Below, piece after piece: positions 9,106-19,529 of a DNA stretch of 61,328 bases. Below the pieces are notes generated by a model. It had not been told where the DNA came from. It was given only the letters and a program-made list of their open reading frames with translations, and searched no databases. Numbering within the stretch: the first letter of the stretch is position 1; the number at the start of each line of letters is the position of its first letter. The DNA comes from a virus (lineage: Duplodnaviria > Heunggongvirae > Uroviricota > Caudoviricetes). The position numbers and the translations under genes were made by a program. The DNA is taken from IMG/VR virus record IMGVR_UViG_3300042894_001948; one strand, written 5' to 3'.

Positions 9106-10629
9106 TTGAAATTATCAAAACTAGCTATTGCGGTAACAGTTGCACTAACATCAAGTGTAACTACATCGGCATTTGCGCTAGATTTGTATGTTAACACAAA
9201 AACGAAACAAATTTTTGCAGAACCTGGTAAAGGTCGCCAAAAATTGGGTGCGTTTGAAAAAGTAGACGAAGCTACACATACAACAGTCAACAATGAACAT
9301 ACAATCCAAGCGGTTGAAAGTGAAAAATCTGAAATCAAAAAAATTGAACAAGATTTAGAGGTTAAAGGCAATGAAATCAAAGCTCTAGAAGAACACATCG
9401 TTGCTAATAAAGAGTCAGCAGCTAAAAACGATGAAAAATGGTTTAACAAAATTAGTATGCGTGGTTATACTCAATTACGTTTTAACCAACCACTTTCTGG
9501 CGATAGAGAAGCGAGAGGCAAAACTGACCCAGAAATGAGATCACCTGGTGATAGTGGTATTAAGGATAATGGTGGGTTTACATTCCGTCGAGTTCGTCTT
9601 GTTTTCTCAGGTGATATTAATGATTACGTATCACTTTATATCCAACCAGATTTTGCAAGTAATGTCAGCGATTCACAACAACATTTTGTGCAACTTCGTG
9701 ACGCTTATGCCGATTTGGCCTTTGATAAAAAACATGAATACCGTATTCGTGCGGGTCAATCAAAAGTGCCTTTTGGTTGGGAAAACTTACAGTCATCGCA
9801 AAATCGTATAGCGTTAGATCGTAACGATGCGTTAAACAGTGCTGTACCAAGTGAACGTGATTTAGGTTTAATCGGATATTGGGCGCCATCTGAAGTCCAA
9901 AAATTATGGAAAGACTTGTCGAAAAAAGGCTTAAAAACATCGGGTGACTACGGTATCTTAGGTTTTGGTGTTTACAATGGTCAAAGTATCAATAAAGCCG
10001 AAACAAATGATGACCTTTATTTAGTGGCACACAGTACCTATCCAATTGAATTGAACTTCTTAGGCTCATTCTTCAAAGGTCAAGTATTAGAAATTGGTGC
10101 AGATGCTATCAGTGGTAAATTTAATACACCTACTGCGTCAATTACACCATTTGCAGGTGTTGATGGATTTAACGGCAAAACATCATTTACACCAACATCT
10201 TTAGGTGGTAAAAATGGTATTCGTGAAGAACGAGTTGGCGTTCATGCTGTATTATTCCCACAACCTTTTGGTTTACAAACTGAATGGAACTGGGGTGAAG
10301 GTGGAACTTTAGATACAACACAGAAAAAAATCACCAGCCAAGGTTTGAGCGGTGGTTATGTTCAAGCTATGTATAAAATAGATAAAGTTTTACGCTCTGA
10401 TGATTCAGTCATTCCTTACACAAAATGGCAAACTTATGATGGCGCCTATAAGGGAGCAAACAATGCGCCACGCGTTTCAGTTGAAGAAATTGAGGCTGGT
10501 GTAGAATGGCAAATGATGAAAGCTTTAGAATTAACCGTGGCTTATTCAACTATGGATAGAACAAACGTTACTAACTTAGGACAAGCTTCGGGCGATATGA
10601 TTCGTACACAGTTGCAGTGGAACTACTAA
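9106..10629 (+). CDS. Phosphate-selective porin (OprO/OprP family)
   Basis: TTG start after AGGAG; signal peptide and coiled coil; RGYTQLRF, FRRVRLVFSG, LRDAYAD, GQSKVPFGWENLQSS, terminal QLQWNY. Confidence 0.75.
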   Translation: MKLSKLAIAVTVALTSSVTTSAFALDLYVNTKTKQIFAEPGKGRQKLGAFEKVDEATHTTVNNEHTIQAVESEKSEIKKIEQDLEVKGNEIKALEEHIVANKESAAKNDEKWFNKISMRGYTQLRFNQPLSGDREARGKTDPEMRSPGDSGIKDNGGFTFRRVRLVFSGDINDYVSLYIQPDFASNVSDSQQHFVQLRDAYADLAFDKKHEYRIRAGQSKVPFGWENLQSSQNRIALDRNDALNSAVPSERDLGLIGYWAPSEVQKLWKDLSKKGLKTSGDYGILGFGVYNGQSINKAETNDDLYLVAHSTYPIELNFLGSFFKGQVLEIGADAISGKFNTPTASITPFAGVDGFNGKTSFTPTSLGGKNGIREERVGVHAVLFPQPFGLQTEWNWGEGGTLDTTQKKITSQGLSGGYVQAMYKIDKVLRSDDSVIPYTKWQTYDGAYKGANNAPRVSVEEIEAGVEWQMMKALELTVAYSTMDRTNVTNLGQASGDMIRTQLQWNY

Positions 10630-10684
10630 AAAAATATGAAATAATTTTATCAGATGATAAATAAAAACGTATTAAATGCCAATA

Positions 10685-10742
10685 GGGTTTAATACACGGA
10701 CATAGTGTCCAAATTACTCGCTTAATATATAGGAGAAATACA
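10685..10742 (+). repeat. 5' leader duplicated upstream of the porin (copy 2)
   Basis: gggtttaatacacggacatagtgtccaaattactcgcttaatatataggagaaataca. Confidence 0.9.
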
Positions 10743-12707
10743 ATGAGCAAAATTATCGGAATCGACTTAGGTACAACAAATAGCTGCGTAGCAATCTTAG
10801 AAAACGGAATTGCTAAAGTAATTGAAAACGCAGAAGGTACACGTACTACCCCTTCAATCATCGCATACACTAACGACGAAATCCTAGTTGGTGCAGCAGC
10901 AAAACGTCAATCAGTAACAAATCCAAAAAACACATTATATGCTGTTAAGCGTCTTATTGGTCGTAAATTTGATGAGTCAGCTGTACAGAAAGATATTGAC
11001 TTAATGCCATATAGCATTATTAAAGCTGAAAACGGTGATGCATGGGTAGAAGCAAATGGTGAGAAACTAGCTCCTCCACAAGTGTCTGCAGAAATCTTAC
11101 GTAAGATGAAAAAAACTGCAGAGGACTATTTAGGTACAGAAGTAACTCAAGCAGTTATTACAGTACCTGCATACTTTAACGATTCACAACGTCAAGCAAC
11201 TAAAGATGCAGGTCGTATTGCTGGATTAGAAGTATTGCGTATTATTAATGAACCAACTGCTGCAGCATTAAGCTACGGTGTTGATAAGTCTGACAAGAAA
11301 GACCGCAAAGTTGCTGTATTTGACTTAGGTGGTGGTACTTTTGATATTAGTATTATTGAGATCGCTAATGTTGACGGTGATAAACAAATTGAAGTGTTAT
11401 CTACAAACGGTGATACGTTCTTAGGTGGTGAAGATTTTGATCAACGTTTAATGGATCATTTGATTGATGAATTTAAGAAAGAGTCTGGCGTAGATCTTAA
11501 AACTGATACAATGGCGTTGCAACGTTTAAAAGAAGCTGCTGAAAAAGCTAAAATTGAATTGTCAAGTACTGCACAAACAAATGTTAACTTACCATATGTT
11601 ACTGCAGATGCTACAGGTCCAAAACACTTAAATGTAACAGTAACTCGCGCTAAGTTTGAATCATTAGTTGACGACTTAGTACAACGTTCAATTGAACCAT
11701 GTAAAATTGCAATTGCAGATGCTAAAGTACAATTGTCAGATATTGACGAAATTATTTTAGTAGGTGGTCAAACACGTATGCCTAAAGTACAAGAAGCAGT
11801 TGAAGCATTCTTTGGAAAAGCACCACGTAAAGACGTTAATCCAGATGAATCTGTTGCTGCAGGGGCTGCTATTCAAGGTGCAGTGTTAGCAGGTGACAAA
11901 ACTGACGTATTGTTACTTGACGTTACTCCATTAAGTTTAGGTATTGAAACAATGGGCGGAGTTTTTACTAAGTTAATTACTAAAAATACAACTATTCCAA
12001 CTAAAGCAAGCCAAACGTTCTCAACCGCAGAAGACAATCAACCTGCTGTTACTATTAAAGTAGGACAAGGTGAACGTGACTTGTATCGTTACAATAAACA
12101 ACTAGGCGAATTTAACTTAGAAGGTATTGATGCTGCACCACGTGGGCAACCGCAGATCGAAGTAACTTTTGATATCGATGCTAACGGTATTATGCATGTA
12201 AGTGCTAAAGATAAAAACACTGGCAAAGAGAACAAAATTGTTATTAAATCTGATTCAGGGTTAACTGATGATGAAATTCAACGTATGGTTCGCGAAGCTG
12301 AAGAAAATGCAGAAGCAGATGCTAAAGCTAAAGAGTTAATTGAAGCACGTAACAGTGCAGAAGCACAATCGCATTCATTGAAAAAAGACTACGACGAAGT
12401 TAAAGATCAGTTAACTGATGAAGAACGTACTGCGTTTGACGATGCATTAATTGCTCTTGAAACTGCACGCGACGGTGAAGAAGTTGAAGCAATCACTGAC
12501 GCAACTACTAAGCTATTTGAAGCTGCAAGTCCGGTGTTTACTAAAAAACAAGAACTTGATCAAGCTAAGGCTGAAGCAGATGCAAAAGGTGAAGCAGACA
12601 TTACTGCAGAGTTTACTGAAGTAGATCCTAAAGAAGAAACTGTTGTAGAAGAAACTGTTGTAGAAGAAACTGTTGTAGAAGAAACTGTTGTAGAAGAATC
12701 TAAATAA
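10743..12707 (+). CDS. dnaK: Hsp70 chaperone DnaK
   Basis: [46 protein letters not shown]. Confidence 0.97.
   Translation: MSKIIGIDLGTTNSCVAILENGIAKVIENAEGTRTTPSIIAYTNDEILVGAAAKRQSVTNPKNTLYAVKRLIGRKFDESAVQKDIDLMPYSIIKAENGDAWVEANGEKLAPPQVSAEILRKMKKTAEDYLGTEVTQAVITVPAYFNDSQRQATKDAGRIAGLEVLRIINEPTAAALSYGVDKSDKKDRKVAVFDLGGGTFDISIIEIANVDGDKQIEVLSTNGDTFLGGEDFDQRLMDHLIDEFKKESGVDLKTDTMALQRLKEAAEKAKIELSSTAQTNVNLPYVTADATGPKHLNVTVTRAKFESLVDDLVQRSIEPCKIAIADAKVQLSDIDEIILVGGQTRMPKVQEAVEAFFGKAPRKDVNPDESVAAGAAIQGAVLAGDKTDVLLLDVTPLSLGIETMGGVFTKLITKNTTIPTKASQTFSTAEDNQPAVTIKVGQGERDLYRYNKQLGEFNLEGIDAAPRGQPQIEVTFDIDANGIMHVSAKDKNTGKENKIVIKSDSGLTDDEIQRMVREAEENAEADAKAKELIEARNSAEAQSHSLKKDYDEVKDQLTDEERTAFDDALIALETARDGEEVEAITDATTKLFEAASPVFTKKQELDQAKAEADAKGEADITAEFTEVDPKEETVVEETVVEETVVEETVVEESK
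12633..12698 (+). repeat. In-frame tandem repeat, 4 x 15 nt (EETVV)
   Basis: gaagaaactgttgta x4 followed by gaagaa. Confidence 0.95.
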
Positions 12708-12721
12708 TATAACACTTTAAA

Positions 12722-12759
12722 ACATAGCTGTTGACATTTGTTAGCAGCTATGTTATTAT
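12722..12759 (+). promoter_or_regulatory. sigma70 promoter with its -35 enclosed in an inverted repeat
   Basis: acatagctg-TTGACA...-cagctatgt; -10 TATTAT at 17-nt spacing. Confidence 0.6.
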
Positions 12760-12818
12760 ATACGCAAGTAAACGCCGTAAGGGTTTAAATAGTCCTCGCT
12801 TACAATAAGGAGATTTTT

Positions 12819-13268
12819 ATGTCACAATCAAGAGTAACAATAAGCAATGCCGAGATGGCAGTATTAAATAAAGCATTAATAGGGTTTGATACTTTATTTT
12901 CAAACGTGTTAGCCGCAACTGCTGCTAACAATTACCCACCACATAACATTGTAAAATACAACGACACATACTATGAAATAGAAGTAGCAGTTGCCGGTTT
13001 TACTAAAAACGATATTAAGGTTGAAGTTAATCAAGACTTACTTGTTATAACAGGTAAGAAACATGCAAACCCAACATATAATCCTGAAATAAATGAACGA
13101 AAAGAATTTCTACATCGCGGATTAGCATTTAGAGATTTTGAACAGACCTTTACACTTGCAGAGTATATGGAAGTTAAAGATGCTAAAGTAGAAGATGGTA
13201 TGCTTACTATTGGTATTGAAAGACTAATGCCAGCTGCACTACAACCCCGTCAAATTCAAATTAAATAG
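12819..13268 (+). CDS. Small heat-shock protein Hsp20/IbpA-like
   Basis: NYPPHNI, EVAVAGF, HRGLAFRDFEQTFTLAE, DGMLTI. Confidence 0.92.
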   Translation: MSQSRVTISNAEMAVLNKALIGFDTLFSNVLAATAANNYPPHNIVKYNDTYYEIEVAVAGFTKNDIKVEVNQDLLVITGKKHANPTYNPEINERKEFLHRGLAFRDFEQTFTLAEYMEVKDAKVEDGMLTIGIERLMPAALQPRQIQIK

Positions 13269-13276
13269 GAGCCCAA

Positions 13277-13582
13277 ATGGCAAACACAGATGTAGCAGTA
13301 GACGAAAAAGTTAGAGTTCGTGTGCAAGAACCAAAACGTTGGAAAATTATTCTTATTAATGACGACGTAACTCCGGTTGACTTTGTTGTAACATTGTTAA
13401 TGGATGTTTTTAGACACGATCCAAATTCTGCAGGTAATATTACTATGCAAATACATGAAACCGGTTCAGGTGTTGCAGGTGTGTATAGTTTTGAAATTGC
13501 AGAAATTAAAGCAGTTGAAGCTACAACACTTGCAAGATCATCAGGTTACCCACTACAAATTAAAATGGAGGAAGATGCATGA
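13277..13582 (+). CDS. clpS: ClpS adaptor
   Basis: IILINDDVTPVDFVV, IHETGSGVAG, YPLQIKME. Confidence 0.9.
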   Translation: MANTDVAVDEKVRVRVQEPKRWKIILINDDVTPVDFVVTLLMDVFRHDPNSAGNITMQIHETGSGVAGVYSFEIAEIKAVEATTLARSSGYPLQIKMEEDA

Positions 13583-14115
13583 GTTTAAAAGAACTAACCG
13601 CAGAAGCACACAAATTAGCTGAGACTCAGCCATTTGTTAAAAAAATCTTTTCTGGTACTATTACCAAAAAAGAGTATGCAAGATATTTACTTAATCAAGA
13701 ACTTGCATACATGTTGTTAGAATCGTTTGCAAAAGATGTAGGTCTATTAGACGATTTGCCCGGTATCGAACGTGCTAGTAAAATTCAAGAAGACTTACTT
13801 GAATTAGAAGCAGATGTTCCAGAACTGCCCAACATGGAATGTGCAGAAGCAACTAATGAATATCTCAAACACCTTGCTGAAATTAAAGATGATCCTAAAA
13901 AATTAATGGCTCACATATATGTTAGACATATGGGTGATTTATTTGGTGGACAAATGATTGCTAAGAAAGTTCCAAGTTCTGGTAATTTTTATAAGTTTGA
14001 AAATGCTGAGGAACTTAAAACTGCAATCCGTACTAAGTTAGATGATTCGTTAGCAGATGAAGCATTAGTATGTTTTAGATTTGCTACCTTACTATTTGAA
14101 GAATTAGAAAAATGA
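13579..14115 (+). CDS. Heme oxygenase (biliverdin-producing)
   Basis: LKELTAEAHKLAE (proximal His), AHIYVRHMGDLFGGQMI. Confidence 0.88.
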   Translation: MSLKELTAEAHKLAETQPFVKKIFSGTITKKEYARYLLNQELAYMLLESFAKDVGLLDDLPGIERASKIQEDLLELEADVPELPNMECAEATNEYLKHLAEIKDDPKKLMAHIYVRHMGDLFGGQMIAKKVPSSGNFYKFENAEELKTAIRTKLDDSLADEALVCFRFATLLFEELEK

Positions 14116-14789
14116 CAGCACTGTGGGATCAATTAATTGATGTTCAAATTATGTTAGAAGATCAATTTAATAGTACAGGAACGGTTGTTGTTGATTCAAA
14201 CAGCAACCATTTTAGTCACAAAGGATGGATTCATCAAGTATGGGAAAGTAAATCGTATCGAAGGGCACACATTGACATAATCGATGAAAGAGATACTAGA
14301 GGATTGTGGATGTTACATTGTTGTATATTTCCTCATACTCATAATCCAGCACCTATATTTGGTTTTGATATAGTTGCAGGGCGTAATAAAATTACAGGGT
14401 GTTTTCACGATTTTAGTCCTACCGGTAATACTAATCATCCTATGATTAAATGGTTCGAAAATGAAGTAGATCCATTACACTGGAACAAACTGCGAGAATT
14501 ACCAGATTGGGCTAAACGTATTTTTACCCCATCAATGATTGCTGCTAGTAATGTTCAAAGCAGCAGTGAAATAGCACAAATTATTAACACTGTTAACACT
14601 ACAAGCAACTATTACTTGTCGCACGTTGCAGCAACAAATAACAGCGTTAACAGCACAGTATCAGAACAAAACTACTATGCACAAAATCAAAAATTAAATC
14701 CTCATACCCCTAAAGTTATGGCTGCTCTCGGTTTAAATGATTCCGAAGTTAACATCTTCATTCAACAATGCTTATTTCCTGAAATTTAG
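14112..14789 (+). CDS. Ferredoxin-dependent bilin reductase (PcyA/PcyX-like)
   Basis: RRAHIDI, LHCCIFP, PIFGFDIVAG, FHDFSP, LPDWAKRIF, QKLNPHT; coupled to the heme oxygenase. Confidence 0.85.
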   Translation: MTALWDQLIDVQIMLEDQFNSTGTVVVDSNSNHFSHKGWIHQVWESKSYRRAHIDIIDERDTRGLWMLHCCIFPHTHNPAPIFGFDIVAGRNKITGCFHDFSPTGNTNHPMIKWFENEVDPLHWNKLRELPDWAKRIFTPSMIAASNVQSSSEIAQIINTVNTTSNYYLSHVAATNNSVNSTVSEQNYYAQNQKLNPHTPKVMAALGLNDSEVNIFIQQCLFPEI

Positions 14790-14815
14790 AGTGTTTAAAT
14801 ACTGATAAATACAGT

Positions 14816-15697
14816 ATGAAACATTCTGTTATAATACTTACAAAACAAACTACACCGGACTACGAAACTAACAAATTACTTATTAGTTTCGTAGCTGCCA
14901 ACGTCGACGTATCCGTATGTCATTTTGCTAATTTTGATATTATTACTGGTCACCCTATTAGATACGATGGTAAAGAATTTACTTTGCCTAATTTAGTATT
15001 AGTAAGATTAGGTGCCGGTATAACTTCTGTTGAATTAGCAGTAATACGATATTTTGAATTAGTTGGTATTCCGTGTGTTAATTCAAGCACAAGCATACAC
15101 ACTGTACAAAATAAATTTCACACTGGGCAAGTTCTGTCAAATGCTAACATCGCAGTTCCTACTACTATGTTAGTACACTTTCCAATAACTAACAACTTAA
15201 TCGCAACACATATAGGATTTCCCTGCGTAATTAAAGTACTAGTTGGTAGTTTTGGTGAAGGAGTTTACTTATGCCACAACGAACAAGAATACTGTAAATT
15301 AATCGAATTTTTAAAAAATCTTGATAACGATAAGAAATTACTAGTACAAGAATATCTTAATGATCGACCGGGCGAAGATCTTAGAGTATTTGTAGTAGGG
15401 AACAAAGTATTAGGTGCAATGAAGCGAACTGCACCTGACGGTGACTTTCGAGCAAATATTACAATAGGCGGTAAAGGTGAACCATATACTGTATCACCTG
15501 AAATAGAAAAAATTGCATTAGCTACTGCTAACGCATTAGGGTTAGAAATAGCTGGTATTGATTTGTTATTTGATAAACGCGGGTTTCGTGTATGCGAAGC
15601 TAACTCAAATCCAGGATTTAGTGGATTTGATTACTTTTGCAAAACTGATATTGCACTAGATATCGTTAATTATATATTGGATAAAATGAGAGCTTGA
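14816..15697 (+). CDS. RimK-family ATP-grasp ligase
   Basis: GSFGEGVYL, VQEYL, DLRVFVVG, FRANITIGG, IAGIDLL, EANSNPGF. Confidence 0.88.
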   Translation: MKHSVIILTKQTTPDYETNKLLISFVAANVDVSVCHFANFDIITGHPIRYDGKEFTLPNLVLVRLGAGITSVELAVIRYFELVGIPCVNSSTSIHTVQNKFHTGQVLSNANIAVPTTMLVHFPITNNLIATHIGFPCVIKVLVGSFGEGVYLCHNEQEYCKLIEFLKNLDNDKKLLVQEYLNDRPGEDLRVFVVGNKVLGAMKRTAPDGDFRANITIGGKGEPYTVSPEIEKIALATANALGLEIAGIDLLFDKRGFRVCEANSNPGFSGFDYFCKTDIALDIVNYILDKMRA

Positions 15698-15822
15698 CAT
15701 TTATTAAAAATACTGTATAATATATAAAACGTTGAGAATGATCTAACACTTTCAGATGTATCTAACGTCTAATAGATTAAGCAACAGTGCTTAATCAATA
15801 ATTTAATTTACAGGAAAATAAA

Positions 15823-17304
15823 ATGTCTAAAAATAATAGTATACCTCTTTCTTCAAATTCTAACGTAACCCCGTCAGTATTATCACCATTTGGGTTGGAC
15901 GTAGCTAACTCAGTAGCACACTGGCGCAACACTATGAAATTTGGTTACCCATCTGATATTGCTACTGCATTTGGTGGAGTTACGTTAGATCATGTATTTG
16001 GTCCAGTGTCACAACGAGTTCCGATGTCATCACTATCAAAAAACTTAAACGACTACAATAGAAAAAAAGAAGCTATTAGAAAGTATAAAAGTGCAAACGG
16101 TGAAATTAGCAACGGAAAATTGCATATTGAAAATTTAGTACTAGTTGATATTAATACAGTATTTAAACTAGTAATTAGAGCATTTAATGAAATTATAGAT
16201 CCAGTTACTGGTAAAGGTGTGCTGTACGGGTATCAACTTAAATCATATGACTTAAACAATGCTGCTATTGCCGGAACTCCGTATGATTCAAAATTTATAA
16301 TGATTAATATGGCTGTTCAACGTGATCCTAGTTTACTTCGAATTTTTAAATTACTAGTAGACTTTGACAGTAGTTTAAGTTTAGGCGGAACTGGGCATGT
16401 GTCAATTGAAGAAGAGCGAGTATATTGTAATGATGGCCAACACGGCGCTCTTACTTTACTATTTCACGGTGTACTAACTATACCAATGATTGTAACATAT
16501 ATGAATACATCATATATGGGATTTAATCAGTTTATTGCTAGAAATCATGACGTTTTGCCGATATCAATTTATGACACTCATAAAGTATTAGTAAATCGTG
16601 CTAAAGAATTTGTTGCTAACGGTTTGACGATTAAGTGTCAAGATTTAGCATCGTATAATTTAGATCGAGTGTTTTCTGATTGCAATGTTAGACTTGTTCA
16701 CGAAGATGTATCACCTAAACCTGGCGAAACTAATTCAACTGCACAGTTTCAAAAACACTTTAAAAATTATTGCAACAGCATGTATGAAAATAGAGAGATT
16801 TTTGAACTTGCTATTAAAATTACACGTCAAGCGTGGAGAACTTCTCCACTAATGCACGAACCAGTATGGGGATTAATTGAACTACTTAGTAAACAACCGG
16901 CAGCAGTTATTAAACATCCAGAGTTTTTAATCTCTGTATCAGAAATTCTAGCATTAAAATGGAATTCTGCAAATGCAGTATGGAAAGATGTAAATTCTCA
17001 AATTAAAAAACAATACCCAATAAAAGAAAGAAATCCTTTATCTAATTTAGATGAATATACCGAATATAAAGATCATCGATATACTAATTCAGGTAATCGA
17101 GGACTTATGATTGCTGCTGGAATTAAATCAGTAGTAGATAACTACGAAGCATGGGCGCAACAAAATCCAGAATTAGGACTTAGTTACAATCTTGTATTAG
17201 CACCTGTTACAAATAGCGGAGGACAATTTTTTGAAATTGATATTCCGTTTAAATCTCAGGCAATGAAGAATTCATTTACGATGTTCAAACCAACGGTTGA
17301 GTAA
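15823..17304 (+). CDS. Hypothetical protein, possible ParB-like domain
   Basis: INMAVQRD and DGQHGAL motifs resemble ParB-like families. Confidence 0.5.
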   Translation: MSKNNSIPLSSNSNVTPSVLSPFGLDVANSVAHWRNTMKFGYPSDIATAFGGVTLDHVFGPVSQRVPMSSLSKNLNDYNRKKEAIRKYKSANGEISNGKLHIENLVLVDINTVFKLVIRAFNEIIDPVTGKGVLYGYQLKSYDLNNAAIAGTPYDSKFIMINMAVQRDPSLLRIFKLLVDFDSSLSLGGTGHVSIEEERVYCNDGQHGALTLLFHGVLTIPMIVTYMNTSYMGFNQFIARNHDVLPISIYDTHKVLVNRAKEFVANGLTIKCQDLASYNLDRVFSDCNVRLVHEDVSPKPGETNSTAQFQKHFKNYCNSMYENREIFELAIKITRQAWRTSPLMHEPVWGLIELLSKQPAAVIKHPEFLISVSEILALKWNSANAVWKDVNSQIKKQYPIKERNPLSNLDEYTEYKDHRYTNSGNRGLMIAAGIKSVVDNYEAWAQQNPELGLSYNLVLAPVTNSGGQFFEIDIPFKSQAMKNSFTMFKPTVE

Positions 17305-17371
17305 TACGTAAACATGTTAAATATGCAAAGGCACAGGCCTTTGCATAATTTAGATCATCAGGAATTCAATT

Positions 17372-17878
17372 ATGACATTAAATATACAAGATTATAAATT
17401 AGACGGTTTTGAAAAAGTTTGCGATATAAAACTTCAAGGTAATAACTTTTACTACGAAAACATAAATCAACCATTGATGTACGCTGATCACAAGTCATGG
17501 GTTTACCTTATCGTTGATAATAACGAAGTAGTTAAAGTAGGTGAAACAGGACAACCATTAGGTATTCGGAGAAAGAATGAACAATGGTGGGAAACTGATC
17601 CACAACCACTTACTGGTAGTAAATCAAGATTTGGTCGTTATATTAACGGAGATGACACTGATCGATATTGTCGAGAATCATTGCAAGAATCAATATACAG
17701 TAACACTGTTGCGTTTTGGGCTAAAAAATGCGACTATGTTGAAACACCGTATACATTTTGCGGTGCACCTGCAGGAACTGTTATCTCAACATTTCATAAA
17801 GATTTAGAAAAGAAATATTTAGATAATATTGTTAAACAAACAGGAGCGTTACCTAGATTAAATAAAGGCCGCGCTTAA
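17372..17878 (+). CDS. Hypothetical, GIY-YIG-like nuclease fold possible
   Basis: WVYLIV...VKVGET motif. Confidence 0.45.
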   Translation: MTLNIQDYKLDGFEKVCDIKLQGNNFYYENINQPLMYADHKSWVYLIVDNNEVVKVGETGQPLGIRRKNEQWWETDPQPLTGSKSRFGRYINGDDTDRYCRESLQESIYSNTVAFWAKKCDYVETPYTFCGAPAGTVISTFHKDLEKKYLDNIVKQTGALPRLNKGRA

Positions 17879-18225
17879 ACAATAGTTATTTTATCATCAG
17901 GTATAACAATTGCAGGGATAGCTCTTATCCCTGCAAGTTTTGCTGCAAAGAATCTGTGATGCCCATCTAATACCATATACTTATCTTCATGTCTCTTTAC
18001 CATGATAGGCGGTATCTTTTCTCCCATATAATATGCTTTTGCAAGCTTCATCATATTCTGCTTACTTTTAGGATCTTTCATTTTATTAGGATGTTCAAAT
18101 GTTATTAAACGTGACATTGGAATTTCTTTAACTTTATGTCGTTCTTTTGCATTCCAACTATTAATACTAGTACCATAGTTGTCCGGATCAGTTGACATGT
18201 GTGCTGTAATTTCAAATATTCTCAT
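17875..18225 (-). CDS. ParB/Srx-like domain protein with MRIFEI leader
   Basis: IPPIMV, VLDGHHRFFAA; likely start 18225 downstream of CTAAATA. Confidence 0.7.
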   Translation of the reverse strand: MRIFEITAHMSTDPDNYGTSINSWNAKERHKVKEIPMSRLITFEHPNKMKDPKSKQNMMKLAKAYYMGEKIPPIMVKRHEDKYMVLDGHHRFFAAKLAGIRAIPAIVIPDDKITIV

Positions 18226-18229
18226 AACG

Positions 18230-18244
18230 TATTTAGTATAAATA
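18230..18244. promoter_or_regulatory. Back-to-back T4-like late promoters
   Basis: TATAAATA (+, 18237-18244) and CTAAATA (-, 18230-18236). Confidence 0.65.
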
Positions 18245-18264
18245 TTATACAATTAGGACCACGA

Positions 18265-19068
18265 ATGAAAATTAAAGAACTGTTAATCGAACGTATATCG
18301 TTATCATCACTTTCTCCAGAAATTAACAATACACTACACAGAGCTATTATAAATGTGTTTAATACCTTGCCACAAACTCCTGTAAGTAAAATGGATATGC
18401 AGTTTATGGTCAAATACAATACATTGTTTGTAAATGCTATTAAACCTATACTGACACACTACGCAAAACAAATAACAAATACTGATGTTACTATACAGTT
18501 CAAATCACTAGCGCAAGGAACTGGCCAATATCTTGAAGACTCAAATACTATAACAATTGCTCCTAAAGTAATTGCAAAATTAATTTCATTGTTATTTAAA
18601 CACTACACTGATAAAATTAACGAAGCCGATGTTAACACTATTATTAACCATTTGACTTCTGTATTCTTACACGAAGTAACACATGCTACACAAGTAAGTC
18701 ACGGGCAACGATATGAATATAAACATGGGTATATTGAAAAAGATAAAATTAAATTCTTTACAGCATTGATACAAGATGAATTTAACAGTGAAGAAGAACA
18801 ATTACGTGCTAGAGAAATATATAAATCACAACCTGATGAAATTGCAGCATACGCACAGGAAACTGCATCAGACTTAATTGGTAAAATTCACAAACTATCG
18901 CCTCAAGAACAATCAACTGCTATTGGTGTATTCTTAAAAGAAATATCAAAACAGCCAATTCCTTACAGTGATTTTAAAGGTAGAACCAAACCAGGCTATG
19001 AACAAGTGTATCGTAGATACTTAAAATCAATCTATCAACATTTAGACGATTATAAGTCTAGTTTATAA
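18265..19068 (+). CDS. HExxH metallopeptidase-like protein with MKIKELLIE leader
   Basis: FLHEVTHATQ and YKSQPDEIAAYAQE; likely start 18265. Confidence 0.6.
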   Translation: MKIKELLIERISLSSLSPEINNTLHRAIINVFNTLPQTPVSKMDMQFMVKYNTLFVNAIKPILTHYAKQITNTDVTIQFKSLAQGTGQYLEDSNTITIAPKVIAKLISLLFKHYTDKINEADVNTIINHLTSVFLHEVTHATQVSHGQRYEYKHGYIEKDKIKFFTALIQDEFNSEEEQLRAREIYKSQPDEIAAYAQETASDLIGKIHKLSPQEQSTAIGVFLKEISKQPIPYSDFKGRTKPGYEQVYRRYLKSIYQHLDDYKSSL

Positions 19069-19095
19069 ATAGAGTAGCATCATAGGAATTAAAAT

Positions 19096-19527
19096 ATGAA
19101 AATAAACGAAATTATGTTTTCAGATAAAGAACTAGCATTAATGAACAAAGATCATAATATGTTAAAACCTTCTGAAAAAGAAATTGGTAAACAATCACGC
19201 CAATTAAAAGCACAATACAAAACACCTACAGATCCAAATAAACCGCCTAGTGGATTAACTAAAAAAGAAAAACGTATTTGGCTTGAGAAAAAGAAAGAAG
19301 CTGAAGAAAAAGCTGCTCTTAGAAAAGCTGAACAAGAAAGAAAAGCTGCACTTAATAGTCCAGAAGAACTAGCAAAAAGAAAGCAAGCAAGAATAGACGC
19401 TGATATTGCAAAACTTAATAAACCTGTAAAGGTAAAAGATCCTAATGATCCTAGAAAAGAAAGACCACGCAGTAAAAAAGTACCAATGAGTTATTACGAT
19501 AATCTTGCAAAATACATTGATCGCTAG
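19096..19527 (+). CDS. Basic hypothetical protein with MKINEI leader
   Basis: TATAAATA at 19064-19071. Confidence 0.65.
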   Translation: MKINEIMFSDKELALMNKDHNMLKPSEKEIGKQSRQLKAQYKTPTDPNKPPSGLTKKEKRIWLEKKKEAEEKAALRKAEQERKAALNSPEELAKRKQARIDADIAKLNKPVKVKDPNDPRKERPRSKKVPMSYYDNLAKYIDR

Positions 19528-19529
19528 TC

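Noticed and set aside
12633-12698. CRISPR or frameshift signal
   Set aside because: It is an in-frame 15-nt coding minisatellite without spacers.
12722-12753. CIRCE/HrcA operator
   Set aside because: The inverted repeat does not match TTAGCACTC-N9-GAGTGCTAA.
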